Part shown: one piece after another, positions 38,518 through 50,154 of the stretch
Numbering within the stretch: position 1 is the stretch's first letter
Layout of the letters: every line of letters starts with the position of its first letter
NCBI GenBank assembly: GCA_965226385.1
Contig: OZ245359.1
Span: forward strand, 1,375,854 to 1,439,853
Source: Bryobacterales bacterium
GTDB taxonomy: Bacteria > Acidobacteriota > Terriglobia > Bryobacterales > UBA6623
Reading direction: 5' to 3'
Length of the DNA stretch: 64,000 nt
Notes under the pieces: generated by a model
What the model was told of the DNA's origin: nothing
The model's database searches: none
The model's input: the letters and a program-made list of their open reading frames with translations, nothing else
Position numbers and translations under genes: made by a program

Positions 38518-40347
38518 CTACTCCCATTCAATGGTGGAAGGCGGCTTGTGTGAGATGTCGTAGAAAACAGCATCAATACCAGTAATTGACTTGAGACGTG
38601 CTGTGAGCACTTTCAAACCGTCCACAGGCAGTTCTGCCACAGCAGCTGTCATACCATCAACCGAGGTCACTGGCCGAATGACAATCGTTTCACCACCGGT
38701 TCTGCTCCAAGGCAACAGAACAACCGGGCATTGCCAGATTTCCCCGTAAAGTCCTGATTCATGCACAAAGTCTGTCACCTGACTATCAGCTGCCTGCAGT
38801 AACCCGATGCGTTCCCTGGTGAGTGAAGACCTCTTGATTGCCCACTCGGACATCTCCAATTCTTCAGGTTCAAGACTCAACACGATGCGATTTGTGCTCC
38901 GGAAGGCGTTTGTTAGCTCTGTTGCAAGGGTAAGAACTTGCCTATAATTGAATTCCCCACCATGCAAAACAGTGACTTTTGCATAGCTACGGCTGTCGCC
39001 CTGAACTCCGACACTTCGTAAAGGAAGCAGAAAGGCCTTGTAGCCTGACCGTCGAGCAAAACTGACTATGCCCTCATCCTGGTCCGCTTGTTGGTCATTG
39101 TCCGAGCACAAACAGCGGATCGCCAATCCAGGTCCCGGGAATGGGTGCCGATTCAACAACCTGTCAGGCAAGCCCAGTCCAATGCCTATTTCGCGTACCT
39201 CGTCTTTGTAAAACTCTGTCAGTGGTTCCAGAACCAAGCCAGCATCCATTAGTGCCTGAATACTGTCAACACGATTGTGATGCGTCTTGATGACTGCGGC
39301 AGATTGCGTACCACCCGATTCAATCGTGTCTGGGTAAATCGTTCCCTGCCCCAGCATCCACTCATGGCCTTCGAAATGACCGTTTTCTAAAATCCGGTCC
39401 TGAACATTCACAAATGCCTGTCCAATGATCATCCTTTTACGCTCAGGATCCATGATCCCTTGCAAACTGTTGAAAAATTGCTCTGAGGCATCAACGACAT
39501 TCAGCCGTCCTAGCCCCAGGGAACTGAATGCTTCTTCAATCTCGGCAGTCTCGCCATGCCTCATGAAGCCAGTATCGACATAGACCGCTTCCACAGACGC
39601 TGTGTCAAGTGCCTTAACTGTCAGAGCATAGGCAACAGTTGAATCCACTCCACCACTTAGGAAAAACAGGACCTTGCGGCCTTGCACCTGTTCACTGATG
39701 GATGCCTGAATTGATGCAATTCGATCACGGGGATGCCAATCCATTGAGCAATGGCAAGCATTTCGCAAGAAGTTCCCAAGGATCTCTGCACCTTGGGGAG
39801 TATGTATCACCTCCGGATGGAATTGAAGCCCATAAATGCCGCGCTCGACATCGCCCATGGCAGCTATTTGACAGTTATCAGTCTCACCAAGGATTTTAAA
39901 GCCCAAAGGCAGTCGGACTACTTGATCTCCATGACTCATCCAGACGCGGTTGTGTAATGGAAGACCATCAAACAGGCCAGCAGTTGACTGAATATGCAGG
40001 GTGGCACTGCCAAACTCATGGGTTTGCCCACGTTCTACAAGGCCTCCGAGCCCTTGAGCAATGAGTTGGTGACCATAGCAAATCCCCAACATTGGTTTGC
40101 CAATTTCAAACAGTCCAGGTTCCGGTTTGGGGCTCTGTTCATCAAATACACTGGACGGACCACCCGAGAGAATCAGACCACTGTATCGTTCAAGCTCAAC
40201 TATGGGTATGCCAACTGGGACTATCTCTGCATAGACGCCAAGTTCACGTACCTTGCGGGCAATCAGGTGAGCGTATTGTCCGCCGGAATCAAGTACTGCA
40301 ATTGTTTCCATGGTGTTCAATCTGGACACAGTCGGGAAGTCTATCAA
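38518..40347 (-). CDS. guaA: GMP synthase (glutamine-hydrolysing), long form
   Basis: LDSGGQYAHLIARKVRE, GICYG, QFHPEV, SGGVDS, QGTIYPDTIES, HPFPGPGLAIR, KPPSTIEWE. Confidence 0.97.
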   Translation of the reverse strand: MIDFPTVSRLNTMETIAVLDSGGQYAHLIARKVRELGVYAEIVPVGIPIVELERYSGLILSGGPSSVFDEQSPKPEPGLFEIGKPMLGICYGHQLIAQGLGGLVERGQTHEFGSATLHIQSTAGLFDGLPLHNRVWMSHGDQVVRLPLGFKILGETDNCQIAAMGDVERGIYGLQFHPEVIHTPQGAEILGNFLRNACHCSMDWHPRDRIASIQASISEQVQGRKVLFFLSGGVDSTVAYALTVKALDTASVEAVYVDTGFMRHGETAEIEEAFSSLGLGRLNVVDASEQFFNSLQGIMDPERKRMIIGQAFVNVQDRILENGHFEGHEWMLGQGTIYPDTIESGGTQSAAVIKTHHNRVDSIQALMDAGLVLEPLTEFYKDEVREIGIGLGLPDRLLNRHPFPGPGLAIRCLCSDNDQQADQDEGIVSFARRSGYKAFLLPLRSVGVQGDSRSYAKVTVLHGGEFNYRQVLTLATELTNAFRSTNRIVLSLEPEELEMSEWAIKRSSLTRERIGLLQAADSQVTDFVHESGLYGEIWQCPVVLLPWSRTGGETIVIRPVTSVDGMTAAVAELPVDGLKVLTARLKSITGIDAVFYDISHKPPSTIEWE

Positions 40348-41271
40348 GACAGCGAGAAGAAGTAGCTGAATGAATTCTAATCATACGAAGTGACTGTGAC
40401 TGGGGTGAAATCATCAATTAAAACCGAGTGTTCCTTAAGATGATTTGATCAGCCACCCATGTAGTTCCACTGACCCACAATAGTCTCAATAGCTTAATAA
40501 CTAAAAGATCATTGCAAATCCGGGATCAAGGACATTACTCCTTGCGCAACCTGGCACTGGTACACATTTCACCGGCAACAAAAACCTGTATCACGGGTGT
40601 TGGTTCGGATAGGGCTACGACTGCTAAAGTTGGCGACGGTTCAATGGTTACAGCAGGCACTTCGACTGGGAGAGATGTCTCGGGGCACTCTGCTGCGGGG
40701 CTTGTGTGAGCAGAGGACTGGCGCAACGCGACAGGCACGTTGTGCACAGCCCGGAGCGTAAGGCGCTGCAACAAGTGGTAGAGACGCTCGGCCTGGAGTT
40801 GCCGCAGCCCCAGTCAGCACCGCCAGATCAATCTCGGCAGCACGAGACGGCTCCCGCGACCCGCTTTGTAGGCTCACTTGACGGTACCCGATCCAAGATA
40901 GTCCACTCGGACGAGCGACAAGATTTCGCATTCAAGGTCCAGCCTGATCAGCAACGATTCGTTTTCCTCAGTCCTAAATGGGAACCGCTTCCGAATACCA
41001 AGCACAACGCATGTAGCCAACCCAAGCGATCCTGCCGAAGGGCCTGTCACTCGATCGACCGAGCCAGCGATAGTCGATGAAACCGTTGCAACTGTCTCCT
41101 GAGTGGCCGGACGGCGGAGCCCTCTCGCGCTGGGAAATCGATCCGCCGACGCCTTGAAACCGCTCAACCCTAGTTCGTCATACTGAAGCAAGCTATTCTT
41201 GCAACTGATTGAAAAAAAGTCGGTTCCGGGATATGGATCTGGCCAATTGGCACTACTTTTTGCAGATCCTG

Positions 41272-42100
41272 TCACTTTGTTACACAGCTTCTACTGCGAT
41301 GAATGCGCGGCTCAATACCGGCGGCCCAAGAGATTGTTGTAACTTTCGCTAGCGGACGGACATCCTGGCGGTTGACGATCAGAGCACCATTCACCTGGCG
41401 AACAGTAGTGGTGATGCTTACCCAGGAGCGCATACGAGTGCGGATCGATTGCCAGCTCAGGTTGATACCTTGGGCTTTTAGGCGGGTCCGGATCAGATGC
41501 ACCCTATGGTATGCGAGGACGGTGATGAAAAGGTGGCTTGAGATATGACTGTCCTTGCTATGCCAGATCGGGCGCAGACCCAATTCAGATTTCAAGGACC
41601 GGAACGTTGCCTCAATTTCAGTGAGCCTCCAATAGGCCCGCAGGATTCGCTCCAGATTCCAGTCCCCATGGCTGGTACGCAGCACATAGGAGCCGACCCC
41701 GGCAGCGGCATCATCGTATTGCTGCTTGCGGGAAAAGGTGACTGTGGAGGCTTTGGTACCGACCCCCCTGGTAGCGGTGCCCTTGGTGGCAGCGTCCTTG
41801 GTGACCTGGACATTATGCTGCTGCGATACTTTCGACTATCTCTCCTTGATGAGACCGGCACTCTGCTGGACCCGGTCATAGTTTTTTAGGCACACTGACT
41901 TGGAAAGGCCGTCGTGGAAGTGTTGCAGAGCGGTCTCGAATTTCTGGCGGTTTTTCTCAAGAATGGCGTTCGCGGTGATCTTCTTGCCTTCGCTCACCGC
42001 ATAGAGCCGTGCTTCGTCGTCCTTGCTTGCGAGTCTCCAGGCCTGTACCTGCTGACCAGCACTGGTGGTGAGTGTAAGTTCGGTGCGATCCCTGAGACCT
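41272..42100 (-). pseudogene. 3' half of an IS1634-family transposase (remnant)
   Basis: EARLYAVSEG...RQKFETALQHFHDGL, one in-frame TAG (41836-41838), then YVLRTSH...LTEIEATFRSLKSELGLRPIWH...HLFITVLAY. The 5' part is missing; the left boundary is approximate. Confidence 0.8.
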
Positions 42101-42373
42101 GATCAAAATACTGTTGTGCTTCAATTCCAGAAAGCAAACACCCGTCGCACTTTTGAAAGAGTTTGCAATTATCAAGGCTAGTGAGTCATACTGTTTCTTT
42201 GGGCTTTATGTAGTGTTACTTAAAAAGCTCAAGCTGCATGGTACAGGTATTTAGTACTTGCCCTTGCAGTATTCTTGCCGATACAGGCAGGGAATTCCAT
42301 TTAACACTGTTCAATTGGGTGAGGTGGGTTACACCTGCTCAAAATATTGATAACACGGAGGAATCTGAAAACA

Positions 42374-42664
42374 ATGGCAATCCAACCCCTTGGAAAACGC
42401 TTGGTCATAGAGCGTATTGAGGAAGATGAGCAGGTTTCGGGCGGCATCATCATTCCTGATTCAGCGAAAGAAAAAGGCCAGACAGCAAAGGTCATTGCGG
42501 CAGGTCCCGGAGCCAAGAATGATGATGGCGGTTTCATACCACTGGACGTAAAAGCCGGAGACACTATCTTGATCGGGAAATATGCCGGTAACGACATCAC
42601 GGTAGACGGCAACGATTACGTCATTGTGAGTGAGGATGAGGTCCTAGGAGTTCTTGAGGGATAG
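42374..42664 (+). CDS. groES: Co-chaperonin GroES
   Basis: MAIQPLGKRLVI...SGGIIIPDSAKEK...KYAG; GGAGG RBS upstream of ATG 42374. Confidence 0.97.
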   Translation: MAIQPLGKRLVIERIEEDEQVSGGIIIPDSAKEKGQTAKVIAAGPGAKNDDGGFIPLDVKAGDTILIGKYAGNDITVDGNDYVIVSEDEVLGVLEG

Positions 42665-42726
42665 TTTTACCTGACCAGGTTCCACCAAACAAGGAACACA
42701 GGTTGTATCCCTCTAAATATTTTTAG

Positions 42727-44358
<1,632 letters not shown>

Positions 44359-44442
44359 CCCATCGTTCCGAGGATCAGGGTTTAAAAAACACTCTGGCTT
44401 GACCTTGACTCAATGAAAGCCTGGGAATGGGTGTAATAATCA

Positions 44443-44481
44443 AATCCTGCCCTTGCCCGAAAGGTGGGACAGGGTGGGATT
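44443..44481. terminator. GC-rich hairpin downstream of groEL (possible terminator)
   Basis: AATCCTGCCCT pairs with AGGGTGGGATT (two G-U pairs) around a GAAA-containing loop; no clear U-tract. Confidence 0.35.
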
Positions 44482-44569
44482 GCAGCCAACATCCTTCTGA
44501 TGTTGAGTTTTCCCTCTTGTCACCTGCTTGCAACCGCCTGCACTTGCATTGCCTAACCCCAGACATCCT

Positions 44570-44990
44570 GACCTCTGAAACACATAATGTGTCGCAGTTT
44601 TCAACGAATTGATCACCAACTGGGCAGTTGTCAGCCCGCTAGCGTGGCAGTCAGGCCAGACGAGCCGCAGGTCGGTACCGGGATAGATAGTGTGGCTCGC
44701 GTCCAACTCGTCGCAGCGGGCATTAGCCCAAGTCTCCATGGTCTGCGTGCCGACCCCATGGAAGGCCTGGGTCACATCCCACAGGTGCTCCCCCTGACAT
44801 GAAATAAGTCGATGATCTGGATTGGCGCTGGAGAACTGCTCATTGGCCAAGTTCCAGATCAGCGGTGCGCCGTCCCCAATGACTATGCGCTGAGCAAACG
44901 GCGCGAGTTGCGACCGCTTCACGATAGTGGCGCCTTGAAAGGCTCACAGTCTCACTGCTACTCTCATCGTCGGTCCGCTGCTGCTGCAGC
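44570..44990 (-). pseudogene. Fragment of an ISKra4/UPF0236-like transposase
   Basis: VIGDGAPLIWNLANEQF...EHLWDV...WANARCDELD resembles the GDGAxWIW...HLW region of ISKra4-type transposases. Boundaries are approximate. Confidence 0.6.
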
Positions 44991-45060
44991 AGTCTACGAC
45001 AAGCCCCACAGCATGCGCAGCACCCAATCCGAGACCTGATAATTGCCCGTCAGAGCTAGT

Positions 45061-46485
45061 CGGAACTTCACCATCCCTTAAGCCCTAGCGCCGTCCACCA
45101 AATCATTGCAATAGCGCGGTTTACCGCTCCACAGACCGGACTGAAAACTGGATATTTGTTGCCATGTTCTGAGCGCACAATAATCTTTATTCATGCTTTA
45201 CTCACAGCATAACCATGTTTCATACTGTTTCCATGTAAGAGGCCTCGCCCTATGTCCTACCACGTCGACGTCATCCCCAACCGCAACAGCCCCCCCGCCA
45301 TCCTCTTCCGTCAAGCCCAACGCGACGGCAAGCGCATCCGCCGCACCACCCTCGCCAACCTCTCCAAACTGCCCCCCCAGATCGTCGACGGCACCCGCAG
45401 CCGCAGGCGTGACCTCGCCCTCGCCGCCATAGTCGCCCACGTGCTCCAACCCGGCTCCAAGCTCGCCACCGCTCGCAGCCTGTCCCCGCAGTCCGCCACC
45501 AGCAGCCTCGGTGCCCTGCTCGGCCTCGGTCCCGTCCGCGGCAACGAAATGCTCGACATGCTCGACTGGCTGCTGGGGCGGCAAGCGTGGATCGAGAAGA
45601 GCCTCGCCCGACGGTATCTCGAGGGCGCCACCCTGCTGCTCTACGATGTCGCGTCCAGCTATCTGGAGGGGCGCTGTTCTCCACTGACCGCGTTCGGCCA
45701 CAACCACGACGGCAAGCAGGGCAAGCAGCAGATCGTCTTCGGCCTGCTCTGCGTGGCCGTAGATGTGTTCGCCGGCAACACGGCGGATCCGAGCACGGTC
45801 GGGGTGCAAGTGAAGAAGGTCCAGCAGCGCTTCGGCCTCGAGTCCATCGCGCTGGTGGGCGATCTCGGCCTTGAAGACGGACGCCATCCGCAAGCTGCTG
45901 CGGGAGGCGCAGCTGGACGGCATATACGTCATCCGGACGAGCCTGCAGAGCTCCGCCCTGGGGGCTCCCGAGGCGGTCGAGGCCTACAAGAGCCTGGCGC
46001 ACGTCGAGCGGGCGGTGCGCCCGATCTTCGTCTATAGCGAGGACCATGTGCGCGGGCACATCCTGCTGTGCATGCTGGCGTATTACGTGGAATGGCACCT
46101 GCGGCGGCGTCTGGCGCCGCTGCTGTTCGAGGAGGAGGACCGGGCGGGAGCGCGGGCGCTACGGCAGTCGCCGGTGGAGAAAGCGCAGGTCTCGGCGAGC
46201 ACCAAGGCCAAGGCCGCCAGCAAGCAGACGCCCGAGGGGCTGCCCGTGCACAGCTTCCAGACGCTGCTGGCGGATCTGGGCACGCTCACGCTGAACGAGG
46301 TGACGCTGCCGGACGCCCCGCAGCACCCGTTTCCGATGGTCGCCAAGCCGACGCCGCTGCAGGCCAAGGCAGTCGACTTGCTCGGGGTCGATCCGAGCAA
46401 ATTTGTTGCCAGTAAATTGGCAGGTTGATTCAGTCTATCTGTCTGATATAGCTACGATTATTCGAATTTCGGAGGTGAAGTTCCG
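45061..46485 (+). mobile_element. IS1634-family element with intact ends and an internally deleted transposase
   Basis: Perfect 12-bp IRs CGGAACTTCACC / GGTGAAGTTCCG, with a 6-bp direct repeat GCTAGT at 45055-45060 and 46486-46491. High-GC interior. Confidence 0.9.
45252..46428 (+). pseudogene. IS1634 transposase, frameshifted and with several internal deletions
   Basis: IPNRNSPPAILFR...TLANLSKLP, LYDVASSYLEG, QIVFGLLC and VGD lie in one frame (45252-). LDGIYVIRTS...HVERA, VRGHILLCMLAYYV lie in another (45871-46428). Confidence 0.88.
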
Positions 46486-46690
46486 GCTAGTGGGCAAAAT
46501 GCAACAGCGACAGAAGGCTCACAGAAAACCTGACAGGGCCCAAATTCGAGAATCTCAGCGCTGAAAGGTGCGTCCAAACCGGCCGGATTGCAGGGAAGTC
46601 AAGACACACGCGCCGAATGCCACCGTAACCACCCACGCCAAACCCAGGTCTGCCAGCGGCTAGTCCCGTGGATACACGTAGCCCAGCTGA

Positions 46691-47515
46691 TCACTCAGTC
46701 GGGGCATTCGTTTCCTCGTGCTTCCGCTCCAGTTCGGCGGCAAGACGCTCTTCAAGGCGCCGCACCCGTTCATCGGACTGCTGCCGTAACTCCGCTTCCT
46801 GTCGGGCCCGTTCATCGGCCTGTCGAGCCCTGGTTTGTGCCTCCAGCTTGGCCCGTTCTCCTTCACGAGCGCCCAGTCCACGTCGGCTCCCGTTAGAACT
46901 TCCTGCCCGGTGGCGGGGTCCCGGAACGCCGCCACCGTTACGTCCTCAGACCACTTGGCCCGCAGGTGCAGTCCCAGTGCCTCGCTCCAGTACCACTCAC
47001 CTGCTTCCTCTAACTCGACCCGCTCCAACTGCTGATACCGGCCGCCCTGCAAGCGGTACCCCTCCAGGGACGACTCCAAGTGATGGACTCTTGGGCTCAG
47101 CCTCCAGTACTCACTCACACCCATCCGTGCATAGATCTCGGGCTTTACATCCCGGTCCCGCCACTCCGTTGATGCAGACCTCACCTCCAGCACGAAATCC
47201 GGCGCCTTGCCTTCCTCCCACACCTTGTAGGTGTCCCGCTCGCCAGTCTCCACGTCAAACGCCACGAACACGTCCGGTGCCAGCCACGCCTTGTTATTGC
47301 CCTTCTCGTAATACACGAACAGGTCGATGCCGATATAGAGATCCTTGCGCTCACGGAAGCAGCGGTCTAACGCCTCTTTGGCGAGAACCATCGCGACGGC
47401 CTGTCAACCGGATTCAGCCATTGCCAAGCCGTCCGAACTGGGGTATTCGACCGCCGCCGTTTCCTCGACAGCGGTCTCCAAGGCGGCCGGAATCAAAGAC
47501 TGCAGCACAGGTTCC
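46691..47515 (-). pseudogene. Uma2 (DUF820)-family endonuclease pseudogene
   Basis: EYPSSDGLAMAESG* (TGA at 47404-47406), then LAPDVFVAF...APDFVLEV...YARMGVSEYW. A frameshift near 46860 separates the coiled-coil tail ERAKLEAQTRARQADERARQE...APTE*. Confidence 0.85.
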
Positions 47516-47900
47516 ACCTGCTCAGTATATAGACTGGGGGGCGTACTGGATCGCAACCACACCGGGAATCTCAAAGTCAGCTACTCCTCGATCAGGGGCT
47601 GCGACTGGTGTGACGGGATCAGACATCTTGTCACACTTGATGCATAGGAGTTTTCGGCAGGATGGGCACCAAATTCAGACAGGCGGGCACCCAATACCCA
47701 TCAAGTGCTGGCGCTATGGGCTCTCGACAGCCGACAGGCCTGGTTCCAGCCCGCTTGGAGTAGCAAGACGCGACACCGCCAATGCGACAGAGCGGGGATC
47801 CGCACGGCATGGCCTGGGAGACTAAAGCCCTGTAGTCCCACGAGTTGCCTCATCCAGGCAAGCGAGCATTGAGTCAAGGGATCAGGATGTCTGAGCCCAG

Positions 47901-48509
47901 TCATCCGTACTTTGGCTTTAGACGGAAATAACATCTGATTTGCGCTTGCAGAATATTTGCAAGGTATAACTTTGGTGTTCGGCCTGATTCCATATTTTTA
48001 ATTTCTCCGTTTATGCTGCATGCAGAATCAAAGCTTCGACAAGTGAGATGGAATCGACAATACCGCGCAACGGTATGTAGTTTGACCCGGTTGAAGAATG
48101 TAGCCATACTCTCGTAAAAACGGCACGCCTGACTTGTCCAGTTGCACGAAGGAGAGTGGCATCCTCCACACGCAATGACCTTGCCCGTGTAACAGTCAGT
48201 TCCTGCATGAATAATGGTCACAATAAAAAGGTTTTCGGTCTGATCGGCATCATCAGCAGTGCCCCTGTCTGAACTCGTCGTTGCCATAAGCCAAGCCACC
48301 AGCCAGCCAATTGATCACACCCAAGCAAGTGAGGAGAAGTTCGCTTCAATATGCCGACAGGATGGCATCCCGGAGAACTGCATCAAAATACTTGTGTTCC
48401 GGTACCAGGCTGTGGACAACAACAACTCGCAGAAGTCACCGATCATGCGGAAGAGTTGTCTAGTACATAGCCAAAGTTCATTGCACAGTACCTGCAGGCG
48501 GTGGTGCAA
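47901..48509 (-). pseudogene. Possible remnant of a DUF1549-like (PVC-type cytochrome-associated) gene
   Basis: Only a weak resemblance: IACGGCH...FYESMATFF versus the CAQCH...YxxAAFF pattern. Many stops. Confidence 0.25.
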
Positions 48510-48718
48510 GCCGTTGATCCTTTAATCCTGGTCCCAAAACACGGAGACCTGCATCTGTAAAACTCTCAACTGTAAGAGCCTTGTCTTGAATTATTTGCGA
48601 GGGCATCTCACACTATCTCACTACTGCTCACAATCCAGTTTCTGCGGGCGAGTATGATATTTGAAGTTTAGTAGGAGGTTGCCGATAGCAGCATTCAACA
48701 CCCAATTGACGTAAGTTC

Positions 48719-50038
48719 TTGAGTGGTACTGTCGGCAGTTTGATGATGATACCCGGAGTACGCGGCGAGTCCAGAACCCGCAAAGTCGGCCTGATCGGAT
48801 CAGGCTGGTACGGAAAGATCGATCTATTTCGTCTCATTCAGGTTGAGCCAGTCGAGGTCGTTGCACTATGCGATGTGGACAGTCAGATGCTAAAGCACGC
48901 TGTGGAAGTGACCGCAACACGCCAGAAGTCTGTTAAACAACCTCGTGCCTTTTCCGATTACAGGGACATGCTCGCGCAAGAGGAAATGGATCTGGTTCTG
49001 ATTGGTACACCGGATCACTGGCACGCCCTGCCTATGATCGATGCATGCCGGGCAGGAATTGATGTTTATTGCCAGAAGCCAATCAGTGTTGACGTCATGG
49101 AATCCCAGGCGATGCTTGCTGCGGCACGCAAGTACAACCGGGTAGTCCAGATCGGCCTGCAACGTCGTTCGACCCCACACCTTGCTGACGCCAAAACACA
49201 AATTATCGAAGAAGGCCTGCTCGGAGATATCGGTCATATTGAAATCTGTTCTTACTACCACATGCGGAGTACAAGCATCCCTCCTGACATTGAGCCACCC
49301 AGCTATCTTGACTACGACGCATGGACGGGTCCTGCGCCAATGAGGCCTTACAACGAACTTTGCCATCCAAGAAGATGGCGCTCATTCATGGAATACGGCA
49401 ATGGCATTGTTGGAGACATGTGTGTCCATATGCTCGACATGGTGCGCTGGATGCTGGGCCTTGGATGGCCAAACAGGGTCTCATCTACTGGAGGTATCAA
49501 GATCCAAAAAGGTGTCAAAGCGAATATTACTGACACTCAAGTAGCAGTTTTCGACTATGCAAAGTTTCCGATTGTCTGGACCCACCGAACATGGGGCAAA
49601 GCAGCTGATACTGACTACCCTTGGTCAGCAATCATTTACGGCTCGAAGGGTACCTTGAAGGCTAGCGTAAATGGATACGACTTCATCCCCCTGGACAAGA
49701 ACGCCAAGACAATCCACAAGAATGTGACACTCGAACTGGAAGAGTATCCGGAGGACAAGACCGAACAGGATCTTGAACTTTTTGCAGCACCCGCAGTCCG
49801 CTATCACATGAAAGACTGGCTCAAGGCAATTGATGAACGCTCAAGGCCAGTTGCGGACATCGAGGAAGGCAGTATCTCGACCATCGCGTGCGTTCTCGCA
49901 AACATGGCATGTTCGCTGGGTCGCACACTTGAGTGGGATCCTCAACATGGCGAGATCCGAAATGATAAAGAAGCTAACAGATTGCTTGCCAGGCAATACC
50001 GTAAACCCTGGAAACACCCTGACCCAAAAACTGTGTAA
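48719..50038 (+). CDS. Gfo/Idh/MocA-family oxidoreductase with a broken Tat leader
   Basis: VGLIGSGWYG, GTPDHWHA, YCQKP, QIGLQRRS, CVHMLD. Upstream, in frame: N-*-R-K-F-L (TGA at 48707-48709). Confidence 0.9.
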   Translation: MSGTVGSLMMIPGVRGESRTRKVGLIGSGWYGKIDLFRLIQVEPVEVVALCDVDSQMLKHAVEVTATRQKSVKQPRAFSDYRDMLAQEEMDLVLIGTPDHWHALPMIDACRAGIDVYCQKPISVDVMESQAMLAAARKYNRVVQIGLQRRSTPHLADAKTQIIEEGLLGDIGHIEICSYYHMRSTSIPPDIEPPSYLDYDAWTGPAPMRPYNELCHPRRWRSFMEYGNGIVGDMCVHMLDMVRWMLGLGWPNRVSSTGGIKIQKGVKANITDTQVAVFDYAKFPIVWTHRTWGKAADTDYPWSAIIYGSKGTLKASVNGYDFIPLDKNAKTIHKNVTLELEEYPEDKTEQDLELFAAPAVRYHMKDWLKAIDERSRPVADIEEGSISTIACVLANMACSLGRTLEWDPQHGEIRNDKEANRLLARQYRKPWKHPDPKTV

Positions 50039-50154
50039 TCACGACAGTTTGTAGAAAGTGACTACCACTTGATGGAGCATTGCCTGTTTCTGTTAGAATT
50101 ATTAAGCGTCCTATAAGCCAACTACTGGCACTGGACTCAACGGAGGAATTAATC

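Noticed and set aside
40512-41275. Short ORFs between guaA and the IS1634 remnant (including a faint hexapeptide-acetyltransferase-like stretch VGDGSMVTAGTSTGRDVS)
   Set aside because: No convincing motif, RBS or consistent frame. Probably decayed DNA; a translated search is needed.
42170-42340. CIRCE or HAIR operator for groESL
   Set aside because: Only isolated half-sites (TTAGTACTT, TTAACACTG, GCTCAAG), with no partner arm at the correct spacing.
46588-47825. 385-aa plus-strand ORF 46668-47825
   Set aside because: Antisense to the Uma2 pseudogene, Pro/Ser/Arg-rich, and without motifs.
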